From Podarcis bocagei (taxonomy: Eukaryota), in assembly GCA_964188305.1 (NCBI GenBank), contig OZ076885.1: a stretch of DNA of 64,000 nt, one strand, 5' to 3'. Positions 23,014 through 34,459 of this stretch are shown here, one piece after another. Within the stretch, counting starts at the first letter, position 1. Each line of letters opens with the position of its first letter. The notes under the pieces are model-generated. The model worked only from the letters and a program-made list of their open reading frames with translations. It did not search any database and was not told the DNA's origin. A program made the position numbers and the translations under genes.

Positions 23014-23826
23014 TTTCGTAGATTTTCACGGGTACAGGAATGCAGGTTTTGGTGTCTTCGGGTGTCTTCCCGTGTAAGAGTTGGGGTGTCTAGGCGACGT
23101 TTCGACGAGGTCTCACTCGTCATCTTCAGGCTGGTGCTTTCGGCTTCTTGTTACTGGAACAGAGCAGGATCTCAGTGTTTGAGTTCCTATAAATACTGTT
23201 GAGGGGGTGTGGTGTATAGCCTCCAACGTTCTGGGCAGAGAGGAAGTTCCCAGGTTAGTGTGCCTTTTCTTCTTTTGTTCATTAATTACTTGAGGGATAT
23301 CTTGAGTGATTTCTTGAGTGATATTCTGAGTACCACTTAGGAGGGTCATTAGGTGTGGATTAGTTGCTAAAGCTTTCGTGTCTTGACCTCTTGAGCTTGT
23401 GAAGAGTTTTTTCTGAGAAGATGGCTGTACTGCACTTAGTTGTGCTCTGGCTTGGCTTCGTGTATAGGGGCGAGCTGTGGTTTTGTGCCCTGTGCCAGCC
23501 AGATCTGTGTAGGGATTGCAGGGGGGTGCAGCATCCGGAGGTGCCACTATGGTTTGGCTACTGGATGGTGTCTGTAATTTATCTGTGGAGAGGGTCTGGG
23601 TTTGGGTCTGGTGTGGTTGATTGGAGATGGCGTTCTGTGTGCCTCTGGTTCTGGTGTCGGTTTTTGTGGGGAGGGCTATTTTCCAGATGTCTGGCAGGCG
23701 GGACGTATCGTCACGCTTGTTCATGTTGTGAGGGTGTTTCTCTATCTCGATGGCTTCCATGATTATTCTCTTGTGGTGGTGTTCCATGTTAAAGAGCAAT
23801 TTGGAATCTGAAAAATTAATTTCGTG
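23011..23826 (-). mobile_element. 5'-truncated Penelope-like retroelement (Poseidon/Neptune type): GIY-YIG endonuclease C-terminus plus pLTR
   Basis: ORF 23113..23850(-) contains HEINFSDSKLL..HHKRIIMEAIEIEKHPHNMNKRDD..LPDIW, a PLE GIY-YIG C-terminal signature. The frame is uninterrupted and ends PEDDE* inside a hammerhead motif. Flanked by (TA)n. Confidence 0.88.
23092..23133 (-). ncRNA. Minimal type I hammerhead ribozyme in the PLE pLTR
   Basis: Minus strand reads agc-CUGAAGA-u-GACGAG-ugagac-CUCGUC-GAAA-CGUC-gccu: conserved core boxes, 6-bp stem II, palindromic ACGU in place of stem III, GUC cleavage triplet, weak stem I. Confidence 0.75.
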
Positions 23827-23842
23827 TCTTGCTTCACTGACC

Positions 23843-23884
23843 TGCTTCACTGACCTGGGGGGAAACTAGGAAGATGGCACATGG

Positions 23885-23940
<56 letters not shown>

Positions 23941-23982
23941 CCATGTGCCATCTTCCTAGTTTCCCCCCAGGTCAGTGAAGCA
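23843..23982. repeat. Perfect 140-bp palindrome: 46-bp unique arms around (TA)24
   Basis: tgcttcactgacctggggggaaactaggaagatggcacatggcaaa, then (TA)24 at 23889-23936, then its exact reverse complement. Confidence 0.95.
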
Positions 23983-25597
23983 AGAGAAATTCCTCTCATT
24001 TCAATTTGCCTCTACCACTGTGTTCCCCCTCCCTTCAAAAAAACAAAACAACAAACCACAAACCTATTGAAAAACCTGTGCCTTTTGTTGCGTAGACAGA
24101 GTGAAAACTGGTCTCTGAATATCATTTCTCTCCACTCTGCATGATGCAAGATCTGCCGGTGAGTCAGTGATGCGGCACAATCTCTCCCCCTCTCCTCCTC
24201 CAATGCCAACTACTCAGAAACTGCACGACTACTTGAAAGCGTTAGTGAAGTAGAGCACAGGATATTCCCCAAGACAATGAAAAGATTTATTTAGGAGCTA
24301 TCTGTTCAAACAGAGAGTTTGACAAAAGACCCATGTCCATTTCCACAAGGGACCGTGATTTGTAGATAGGGAATTCAAAGCCCAAGCACACTCCTAATAT
24401 GGGTACCAAAGGCTGGAGGGTGTGTGTGAGATGTGGTTCTAATCCCAAGTAAATAGAAGATGCCCAGCACTTCTTTTATTGGCCAAGCACAATCTGATTG
24501 TATTTATTTTATTACAAAAAGAGAACATTGGGATGTCCAGTTAAGAGATGAAAAAGAAGCCTTTTTTTCTTTTCTTTAAAAAAATAAAAATCTCCGTTAT
24601 AGACTTTCACAAAGAAAAAGAAGTGGAGGGGGGGGAATGAAATCCCTCTAGAATAAATATAGACTATGAAAGCACTGTTGAGGTTGCTAAGCAGCAGTGG
24701 CCAGAGGAACAGAAAGCAAGTGAGGCTTTGAAACAGAACCAGTGACTTGTGGGTTAACTGGAGTCATTGCTTACTCTGTTGTCTTTTGTTGCTAGTAATA
24801 GATGAAGGATGCAGCTTTCTTCAGCTGGTTGGGAGGGTATTTTAGGCAATTAACTTTGAAAGGCAGGTTTTTGTACCTCTCTTCTTGTTCAACACAGAGG
24901 AATCTGATGTTATAAATATGATAGTTTACTTTTCCCATTGATGTGTGTTTTGGCTTTGTTATTTTACATCTGTCAACTGAACAGCATTAACTGCCGACAT
25001 ACCATAATGTACCTTTGCACTTTGGGGTAGAATCCTTTAATGAAATAATTATTTTTTTTCTGGTTGATTGGGAACACCTTTGTCATAGGGAAAATCAGCT
25101 GCTTACCAGCCCTTGCACACATTCCAGTCCCCAGATCTCGCCTGGGCAAATGAAGCATAGTCGTTTTCTTGCCTGCTGAATGTTGGTGCCATGGAACACA
25201 ATCCAAAAGATAAGAATTGTTCATTTGACCTTCCCTGATGTAATAAAATGTATACATTGTCATCAGTAAGGTTGAGCCTCCAAATTTGCAGTTCAGTCTC
25301 TGAAAACTCTAGGGATCCTGTATGGTTTCCCTGGCCCCTTAAGTACTCTGTTCTTGGATACATTTGCTATTTGTATTGTGATGTTATAATGAGGGCTGTC
25401 TAGCACATTTTCAAGATGAGTACAGCCCAAACACACCTTATAAAAATGTCCCTGTGTGAAAAAAATAAGTGGAAAACAACCCAAGAAGCCTTGAAGACCA
25501 CCAGTGTATCACCATCCAAGTATCTTGTGGCTTTTGAAAGAGGACACGATAGAGATTTGTAAAATTAGTCAAAGAGTACTGAAAGTAGCATAATATT

Positions 25598-25937
25598 CGC
25601 ATAATATTAGAACACAGTCTTCCAATGAAGGTCAATTCAGGACTGATGAAAGGAAGTATTTCTTCACACCAGAACATAGTTAAATTATAGGATTCAGCAT
25701 CACAAGATGTAGTGATGGCCACCAGCTTGGATAGCTTTAAAAGGGGATTAGAGAAATTAATGAGAAATAAGGCTATCGGTGGTTACTAGGCAGCAGGCCT
25801 CTGAATATCAGTTGCTGGAGAACATGAGTGGGAGAGAGATACTGCACTGAAGTCCAGCCTGAAGCCTACCCATAGACATCTGGTTGGTCACGGGGAACAG
25901 AATGCCAGACTAGATGGATCTTTAGACTGGTCCAACC
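25598..25937 (+). mobile_element. CR1 LINE 3' fragment
   Basis: ttcaggactgatgaaaggaagtatttcttcaca (FRTDERKYFFT), caagatgtagtgatggcc, tttaaaaggggattagagaaatt, then a CR1 3'UTR. Confidence 0.8.
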
Positions 25938-25970
25938 ATAATTTGTAAATGTTATTTAAAGTACTGTGGG

Positions 25971-27146
25971 GATGGAGGGTGTGGGAGAGGTACAAAGATT
26001 TAATAGAACAACAAACACCCTGGTGGCTATCACCAATCGAAGCTTCGTTATTCAAAGTGGCTGGGGAAAGGGGGAAGTGGCCTACATACAGAGATTTACT
26101 GAGAGACCAAGAAGGGAAATGGAAATTAAAAGATTATGGAGAAATTAAAGACCATTTTCAGAGTTGGCTACATAATAGACAATTATATGATATGTACAAG
26201 GAAGATAATAAAAAAGGGTTTAGCTACATGACCTCCAGATTTCAAAATGAGGTTATAGAAGAAGAAGTGAAGCTGCTGAAGAAAGCATATACTGTAGTAT
26301 TCTTCTAGAATGGGAAATAAAAGATGAGGAGGTCAAATCAGTTACGATCAAATGGGCACAAGATATAGGACATAATATACAATTTGACGATTGGGAAAAG
26401 TTGTGGAAGGTGGATTTGAAATTTACAGATTGTTCTCACTTGAAAGAAAATTCTATGAAAATGATGTATAGATGGTATATTACACCAGTACAAATGGCAA
26501 AGATGTACAAAACCAGGTTAAATATATGTTGGAAATGTAAAGAAGAAGAAGGTACTTTATATCATATGTAGTGGGAATGTAGAGAAGTTAAAAATTTTGG
26601 GGAGATGATATATAATGAATTGAAAAAAAAATGTTTAAAATGACATTTGTAAAGAAGCCAGAAGCGTTTTTGCTAGGGATTTTAGGACAAGACCTGCCAA
26701 GAAAAACAAAGAATTTTTTATGTATGCAACAACAGCAGCAGGAGTCTTGTTAGCACAAGGATGGAAGAATGAGGAAACCCCAACGAAAGAACAATGGCAA
26801 GAAAAACTGATGAGTTATGCGGAGTTGGCAAAGTTGACATATAAATTATCTGAGAAGGACAACCGTGACTTTTTACAAACTATCTAAAAAAAACCCACCA
26901 AAATGATTTGGGCTCCTTGGCAGGTTTTGAATAAACACCCACAAATTTATTAGCAGAATATATGACAGAGAAGGCAATGATATGTACAATTTTTAACATG
27001 CAGAGAATAAAATGAGCAAACAAATCAGAGAGGGGAGCTTAGGGGGTGGGGGAGGGAGGGAAGAGTGGGGAAAGGAGGGGAATGTAATGGGTTATTTTGA
27101 TCTGTTTTGTTAAAATGGTTTAATAAAAATATATTTTTTAAAAAAT
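25971..27146 (+). mobile_element. 5'-truncated L1 LINE (ORF2 C-terminus with CCHC zinc knuckle, plus 3'UTR)
   Basis: KWAQDIG..WEKLW..KMMYRWYITP..CWKCKEEEGTLYHM*WEC with stops and frameshifts; G-rich 3'UTR; AATAAA and A-rich tail; 13-bp TSD aaagtactgtggg (25958-25970, 27147-27159) at a TTT|AAAG site. Confidence 0.92.
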
Positions 27147-27721
27147 AAAGTACTGTGGGTGTTTTCACTTGAAGCTAGGTAATATTCAGCTAGTCCTAGC
27201 ACTAACTTCAATGGGACTTACTCCCATGTAAGTGCATATAGCAGGGGTAGAGCCAGCCCAGTACCCTACACAGGTTGCTGCACTCAGGCTCCCAGTTAAC
27301 ACTATGCTAGCTACCCCAGCATATAGAATTTCAATTTTATTTCTCAGGGTGCTTTTGGAAACATTTGACAAACTGGCTTGCCTTCTTCATATTTCATTAA
27401 TGTGACTTTTAATACCTGCTAAAGGACAAGCATTACAGGCTGTGTGAGAAGGAGAGGAAAGGAAAGCTACTATCAAGATGGTGGTGGGGACCCTAAAGTA
27501 GAATATTAAAAGAGAAAGTTACTGTAAGTTTGTTTTTTGTTGGGGTTTTTTGCCTTCCATGGTTAGAAGTACAAAAAGCAGAGGATAAAATATGATATCA
27601 CAGAAAATAGGAGCCTTTGATTCTCTCTCACCTCCGTTCCCACAGCCTGCTAAGAGACCCAGGAAGATAGTTATATCTATTTCCCCACCCAAAGTGAAAA
27701 GTGGAACAAAAATGCTGAACT

Positions 27722-28255
27722 TCATACAAATGATGATGGGGTGCAAATTGGCTGCAGCAACTCAGGAAAGAGAGCTTGAAGTCACCTTAGAATATCAGCT
27801 CAGTGTGTGGCATCAGGGGGGGCGGGGAAGGCGACTTTATTAGGAGAGGGACTGATTTTTTTTTAAAAAAGGAAGTAAGTTAATACTCCCATATAAATCT
27901 AGGACCACTTTAGAATACTGTGTGCAGTTCTTGCAGCTCAATTTCTTATTTTGTTTTGTTAAAGATACTGTAGATTTGGACAAAGAAAATGCATTAATTT
28001 ATGGAACTCATTGCCACAAGCTGTGATCATAGTTGTTTGCTTTGAAATGTCTATTAACGGCTGCTAACTGCACTAGCTAAAAGTGAATCCTCCCTGTTCT
28101 GAGGAAGTGTACCTCGTACATATTACCAGATCCTAGAGACTAGAGCAGGAAATGTCTGCCTCCCCTGTTTCATACCTGTGTGACTTTCTTTGATCTCTGC
28201 TTACTGTAGAGTGCCAGCTGGCCTCTTGATCTGATGCAGCAAGGCAGTTCTTATC
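27722..28255 (+). mobile_element. Old, internally deleted CR1 fragment
   Basis: ATQERELEV, RTTLEYCVQF-like and INLWNSLPQ motifs; ends gatgcagcaaggcagttcttat. Confidence 0.6.
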
Positions 28256-28398
28256 CCAGCAATAGCAACCTGCCTGTTAATTTGAAAAGTATGTATCACA
28301 CTGTATTTCATGCAATGAGAAGGAGCATAAAAGATGCATGCAAACTGTCTGGGATGATGGAATTGAATGGCTCAAGCTACACGTCACATGAGAAGGCA

Positions 28399-28534
28399 CA
28401 GGACTGCGGTGGGGAATCTGAGGCCCTGCAGGTGTTGTTGGACTCCGGTTCCTAAAGTCAGTGTAGCCAGTTGAAAAGAACAATGGGAGTTGTAGTCCAG
28501 TAACATCTGGGTGGAAACCTCCCCCACCCCCATG
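28399..28534. mobile_element. Degenerate palindromic hAT-like MITE (ggactacaactccc family)
   Basis: gttgttggact...tgggagttgtagtccagtaacatctgg; same family as 62204-62341. Confidence 0.5.
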
Positions 28535-29849
28535 TCCTAGGATATGGCTGATGCTTCAGCAAAGCTCTTTTCTGTACCAGTAAGTCAACAGTGTGCAGGA
28601 GGAGGAGTGGAGGGTGGCTAGCTGAAATGCTTGCATAGATAGAAGGACTGGGCGTGAGATGTTGAATCCCACCCTATATATTCAGTGTGATTTTCAGCAA
28701 GTCAGTTACTGCCTGCCCTCCTGGAGCTGTCATCATCACCTCATAATGAATAGCTGGGACTCCCAGTTGTAGTTAAAGCTGGAGGAGAGATAATTACAGT
28801 GCCATGGCATTTCTCCAAGACTGCATGTGGCAGAAGAATCGAGGGCTATAGGCCTCTACTGTGTCTGTGGACTAGTATGGCTTGTAGCTCTTTGTTTCAC
28901 TCTCCCTTTAGTGTGCATTTTCTTTGATATTTTTAATGTTTGGGGGCTTATTTATTTTTTATGTCCTCCATTTTGAGAACGCCTTTGAGTTGAGAGGTCT
29001 GAGCAGTCGTCAGTGAAAAGGCCCAGTGTTCAGTCCTATGTTTTAATGGTGAGGTGCTCCATTTACAAGCATTTGATAGGGAGAAAATATATGTCATCAT
29101 CTTGAATCATCATCATCATCATCATTTGTTACATTTGTAGACTTCCCCACCCTTCTATAAAAGTTCTCAGAGCAGTGAGAACTTGGCAATAAAATACAAA
29201 ATAAAACATCAGCAATGAAAAAACATGAAAACAACAACCAAGCCTCCTGCTGATTAATATTCTATTCTATTCTACCTTGTGGGGGTATTGTTTTTAACTA
29301 TTTATTTTGTGCTTTTATCCTGTATTTTTATCTTGTGAATTGCCCTGTATATAAATCTAATAAAAAAATAAGAATAACCAGTGGCAGCAGAATGCATAGA
29401 CACAAAACAACAAACAAAAGCACTGTCAGCACGACAGGTCAAATGGAACAGATGTATTTTCAGTAGGGGACAAAGGATGCCAGCAAGTAGAATAAACATA
29501 CCTCCAACTGGGGGAAATTTCATCATTGGGGAGCCATGAACCCTTTCTGGGCCTCCAACATTTCTGCATGGCTAGAAATGGCTTCTTCGTGGCCCAACTC
29601 CATCTTGCCACATTTTGGAAAAAAATGTCAGGCTGTCTTCATGTAAAAACAGGCCATAAAGTCCCCTGCTATTTCAATGAGTGCTAAGGATTGCAGTCTT
29701 AATTTTATTTGAGAAATTTCATTTTAAAGTTCATTTCTGTGATGTTCTTTGTATTAGGAAGCAGGGCTGGAAACTGTTGTATGCTAACAATACACACTTT
29801 ATTGTGCTTTAATACAAGTATGGGTCATTTTACTTAACCTTCCAGCTTG

Positions 29850-30330
29850 TTCTCTCCCACACACTCTCTTTGTACCCAGATTGGTGCCCAGAAAGAAGTG
29901 AATGCTGACGTAGGTTTCAAAGTACTGGAATAAAACATTCATTGTGGCTTCAGCTAAGAGTCTGACTGCTACATTCTGAACCAGTTGCAGTTTCCAGATG
30001 AGCCTACCATGCAGCCTTACATCAAACTCATTGCAGGAACCTAACCTTGACATTTTTGTAGGATAGTTCATGGTGACTAGGTTGTGTGTGCCTAAAGGAT
30101 GACTTGGTTAGCACACTACCAGAGGTTTTTCTATATCAAATAATATGGGAGACAAGACAGAAGCATGCAGCTCCCTATGAGGAAAGGAGCAGAAATGCCC
30201 AAGACCATCACTTGAATCATCTCATCAGGTTGACTGAGCCATCTCAAAGTGGTGTCCCCAGTTACCAACCCTGGCAGGAGATCCAAAATAATACCATGCT
30301 TTATGGGCATGAAAAACCATACAGGGTGAT
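29850..30330 (-). mobile_element. L2 LINE RT fragment, degenerate
   Basis: Minus-strand peptides IKHGIILDLLPGL..GDTTLRW..QVMVLG and WKLQLVQNVAVRLL. Confidence 0.6.
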
Positions 30331-30957
30331 TCAAACAATAGTTGGCCCGAGGCAGGTTCATTCCCCAAAGCAGGCTAAAAGCTTAACTGGAAGAGTTCCA
30401 GATCATCAGCGTCATCCAAGAATCCCTGGTGTTGAGCTGCCATGGTACACTTAAGGACCTTGCTTACAAATGAGTGTTGATAATTATGTAACATGTCGGG
30501 ATTAGAGAACGTTTTTCAGAAGCAGTCTTACAACTGCAATTCCTAAGCCACCTGAAGACTATTTCTTCTCTTAAATAGGCAGACATGCTGGCTGGGACTG
30601 GTGGGAGTTGTGGTCAACAGAGGTAGGGGAAGGCTCTTTGAGCCAGGGATGACATGAATAAAGCATGCAAGGGAGTTGCCACAGTTCTATAACTTAAAAT
30701 TCTTCAGCCAAGCCACTGTCACTGTTTGCTAGAAATCCCTTCAGAACCATCAGTTTCTGGGGGTGAACCAAACCAGTTGTCCAACACCCAAGTAGAGGCT
30801 TATTGACATTCTGATTCTGAAACTCGCAAGATAGTGAGTTGCCTAGAATTTGGCAAGGAGGTTGTTAGCATATCCCCCATTTAGTCATCAGTATCATTCT
30901 ACTCAACAGAAAACACCAAATGAGGACTATGACCTACCACATGCATTGGATCTAAAA

Positions 30958-31233
30958 CATAGTTCTTCAGGCCTGGATAGCTCAGTTGGTTAGACCATGG
31001 TGCTGAGAACACCAAGGTTGCAGGTTCAATCCCTGTATGGACCAGCTGCATATTCCTGCACTGCAGAGGGTTGGACTAGATGATCCCCAGGGTCCCTTCC
31101 AACTCTACAGTTCTATGATTCTAACCTTGGGTACCAGAGGTTGTTGGACTGCAAGTCGCATCTTGTTTCGTGGTCAGGAATGATGGAAGTTGCAGTCCAA
31201 CAACATATGGAGACCCAAGGTTGAAGCAGGCTG
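30958..31233. mobile_element. Palindromic hAT-like MITE interrupted by a SINE
   Basis: catagttcttca | SINE | accttgggtaccagaggttgttggact...agtccaacaacatatggagacccaaggttgaagcaggctg; cttcaaccttggg pairs with cccaaggttgaag once the SINE is removed. Confidence 0.7.
30970..31123 (+). mobile_element. tRNA-derived SINE with CR1-type tail (Squam3-like)
   Basis: Pol III A box tagctcagttgg, B box ggttcaatccc, and CR1 3' end gggttggactagatgatccccagggtcccttccaactct...ttctatgattcta. Confidence 0.88.
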
Positions 31234-32505
31234 GTTTAAAACAGCCTGGCACAACCCCCAGGTTGACATGGCAACAGCAGCAACTTATGAGGCAATTCAC
31301 TGGTGAACTAACAGCTTCTGCCACTAAATCGGGGATGCGATTTCTCATTGCAAATCTATGTTCATGAGCTTGCTTTCAAGTATGGATTACTGGATGAGGA
31401 CATTAGTGCAGAAACAGAGCTTCATTATGCACATTGTAGTTCTCTGTATTTTCTAACATGCCCCACACGTGAGATTCACTCAGCCCTGTTAAATTCAAGA
31501 TGGGAAACTACAGTTGGATAGATTTTTGTTGCTTCAATCCCAAAATAACCTCTTTCTACCTCAATCCTTTATTATAGGTAACCATGCTATGATTGATTTC
31601 TTAAAAACAAATTAAACATACATGGATGCAACTCCTAAAATGAATACCTTGTGTAACTTTTTGAAATAAATGATATATTTAAATGTCCTGTTTATTTATT
31701 AGGGGAAAAATATATTATAGGATGCATCCCTTCTGTTTGTTAACTAGTTTGTGTTCATTTGGAAATGCATAGATTGGTGTCTTGATTTAATTCAGTGTAT
31801 TGCTTTCTGTATTTTTCATCACAAGCCTATCTAAGCACACATAGATTAAATATGCATTCAATATTTACTATCTAAGAAAATCCTTAAAATAAAATATATC
31901 AAAGCAGAATAATAATCTCCTATGTCATCCAGGGACACTGAAACTTTATTGATCTACAAAATTAAATGAACACCCCAACCTTAAGTATACAGCTTGAAAG
32001 AAAATGGGATGGAAATAACTGTGATCTACTTTCAAGTGGGCTAAATATAATAATTAGCATAAGCGATGAAGTAGAGAGCTGGTGCTGACATAACATTTTG
32101 ATGGATTTTCTCCTTGGTTTTCTGTGTGTCTGAAGCAGGGACACACAGCTGACTGCAGCAGCCACTTCTGTGACTAGAACAAAGGCATCTTGACATTTTT
32201 CTAGTCACAGAAAAAGGCAAGTAATATAGATTTGTCTGCATCACCCTAGGAGGTGGGGAGCATGTTGACTGTGATGATACTCCTCAAAAACAACAACGTG
32301 CTATTGACCAAGTGAAAAAACAAAACAAATGTTTTTAAAAAATTCTTTCTAGAGAAATAATATGAAAAAACGAACGAACGATAGAGTACAAATAAGTAGA
32401 ATGGAAAGTTCACCATTTTAAAAAGTCAACTGCTCACTCATTCTTCTGCTACATGTTGCAACAAATGTACAGAGTACCTCAACTATTCAGGAAAAAAAGT
32501 TATAC

Positions 32506-32630
32506 CAGTGGTAGACAACATGATGCCCTCCAGATGTTACTGGACTACAACTCCCATCATCTCCCAACAATGTCTAGAGTTAAAGGAGTTGCCCAACAAC
32601 ATCTGGAGAGCAGAATCTTGGCTGCCCCTG
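32506..32630. mobile_element. Palindromic hAT-like MITE (ggactacaactccc family)
   Basis: cagtggtagacaa...ttggctgcccctg; ctccagatgtt / aacatctggag; diverged TSD agttatac / ccttatac. Confidence 0.6.
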
Positions 32631-32682
32631 CCTTATACCAGGTCAAAAACAATATTAAATTCAATTGTCATGTTTTAATATA

Positions 32683-32924
32683 CAGTGGTACCTCGGGTTA
32701 CATACGCTTCAGGTTACATACGCTTCGGGTTACAGACTCCGCTAACCCAGAAATAGTGCTTTGGGTTAAGAACTTTGCTTCAGGATATGAACAGAAATCC
32801 TGCTCCAGCGGCGCGGCAGCAGCAGGAGGCCCCATTAGCTAAAGTGGTGCTTCAGCTTAAGAACAGTTTCAGGTTAAGTACGGACCTCTAGAATGAATTA
32901 AGTACTTAACCCGAGGTACCACTG
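32683..32924. mobile_element. Tc1/mariner-type MITE, about 240-bp family, copy 1
   Basis: TIR cagtggtacctcgggtta / taacccgaggtaccactg; TA on both sides. Confidence 0.93.
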
Positions 32925-33341
32925 TAACGGTTTAAGGCTGCAATCCAATACACAATGGAGCTCATGTTTGAGTAGGTGTGTATACGATTATGCAGATAGA
33001 GATATGAATATGAATGCTACAGGCTGCTTATAATACATTCTATATTTGTGTTCTATGGAGTTCTATAAAGTTATTCAGGCAGCCCAGATATATCCCTAGC
33101 AGTAAATACCACAGATTAAAGACAGAAGCCTTATTTCTCTTTACATTTCTCACATTCTACTTCCAAGGCATTACAGAGCTTAATGTTAGCGTGAAATAAA
33201 ATGGAACTTTTGAGAGGGAAAAAGCTTGCAACAACTCAGAGCTGTTTTATTCTTTATGGAATTCCCCTACGGAGAACTCGTGAAAACCCTCTCCTATTTC
33301 CTGAGCCAATATTCATCAGATTGCTTGGAACATTTTGTAGA

Positions 33342-33342
33342 T

Positions 33343-33390
<48 letters not shown>
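33342..33390. repeat. (TTTC)n microsatellite
   Basis: Direct reading. Confidence 0.93.
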
Positions 33391-33391
<1 letters not shown>

Positions 33392-34235
33392 TAAAATTAT
33401 ACAGTACCAAATGTACTTTTAAAACATATGTGCTTCAAACTGTCCTGTTTAAAATGTTTTGAGCTGGGTTTTTAAACTGCTGCTGTTTTTAGTTACTTTA
33501 TTGTGTGTGTTTTTGTTTTGTTTTGTTTTTTAAAGGTTTTAATGATCTTTTGTAGACTGCCTCAGGAGGGCCTCAGAAAGGCAGCAGCACATAAGCAGTT
33601 TAAATAAATAAATAACCAACTTTCTGAAACATTTTACATCAATTGAAACATCTGAACTGCCATCAGTATATCAAATGTGGTTGGAATAGGTTTAGAATTT
33701 AAGGAGAAATAACCTCTGGCTGACTTTTGATGATACCCTGGGACTAGTGGTATAACAGATATTGACCCAAAAGTTCAAAATATGACTATTTAAGGACAAT
33801 CAAGAGTAGAATAAACACATACATACACCATACAGATCCAGGTACATTCTTGATTTCTGGCAACTGAAAATATTCAAACCAACCTAACATCAAAGAGCAA
33901 GTACAGTCCAGAAGATTCATCTCCTGAAAGACAGAAGTGCATCGCCTTGGAAATAAAACTTATTGCACAGACTAGGCAAAGTGGGTGGTTGTTTTTTTTG
34001 TTTGTTTGTTTAGGATAGAGTAAAAGACCAGACAAACTGAGCTCTATGACTGTGAATCTAACTGCAGGGATGGTGGTGCTGTGCTGTACCAGTTCTTTAT
34101 GATCAAATAGGCAAGACCACCAGGGCTACAGGTGAGAAAAATGGCATATCTGGTTAGACCCTTAGGGTATATCAGTACTATGTACAGTTTGCATCAGTGC
34201 TATGCCGAGAGTACAAATTGCCACCAGTAGAACTG

Positions 34236-34459
34236 GTGGGATTCACCTAATGAACCCAGTCAGTAGAAGCTCTTCACGAGAGTTTTCACTTGCACAATGA
34301 AGATTTACCCCCCTCTCCCCGCACCCCTGAAATTGGCTGGGGGGTGGGTGGGAGACCCCTACAACAGCTGAGGAGCAGAGGGGGAATTTTTCCATCTGGC
34401 AAGCTGATATGCTTGTGCAGATAGAACATTTGTACTACTTCACGGTTGAATTCCACCCT
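34236..34459. mobile_element. Old TIR element (ggtgggattca...tgaattccacc); related copy near 11845-12050
   Basis: Inverted termini; both loci share internal blocks cttgcacaatg, cctgaa(a)ttggct and tctggcaagc. Confidence 0.5.

Noticed and set aside
30970-31045. Possible tRNA gene
   Set aside because: A and B boxes are present, but the acceptor stem is not intact and it continues into a CR1-type tail, so it is a SINE head.
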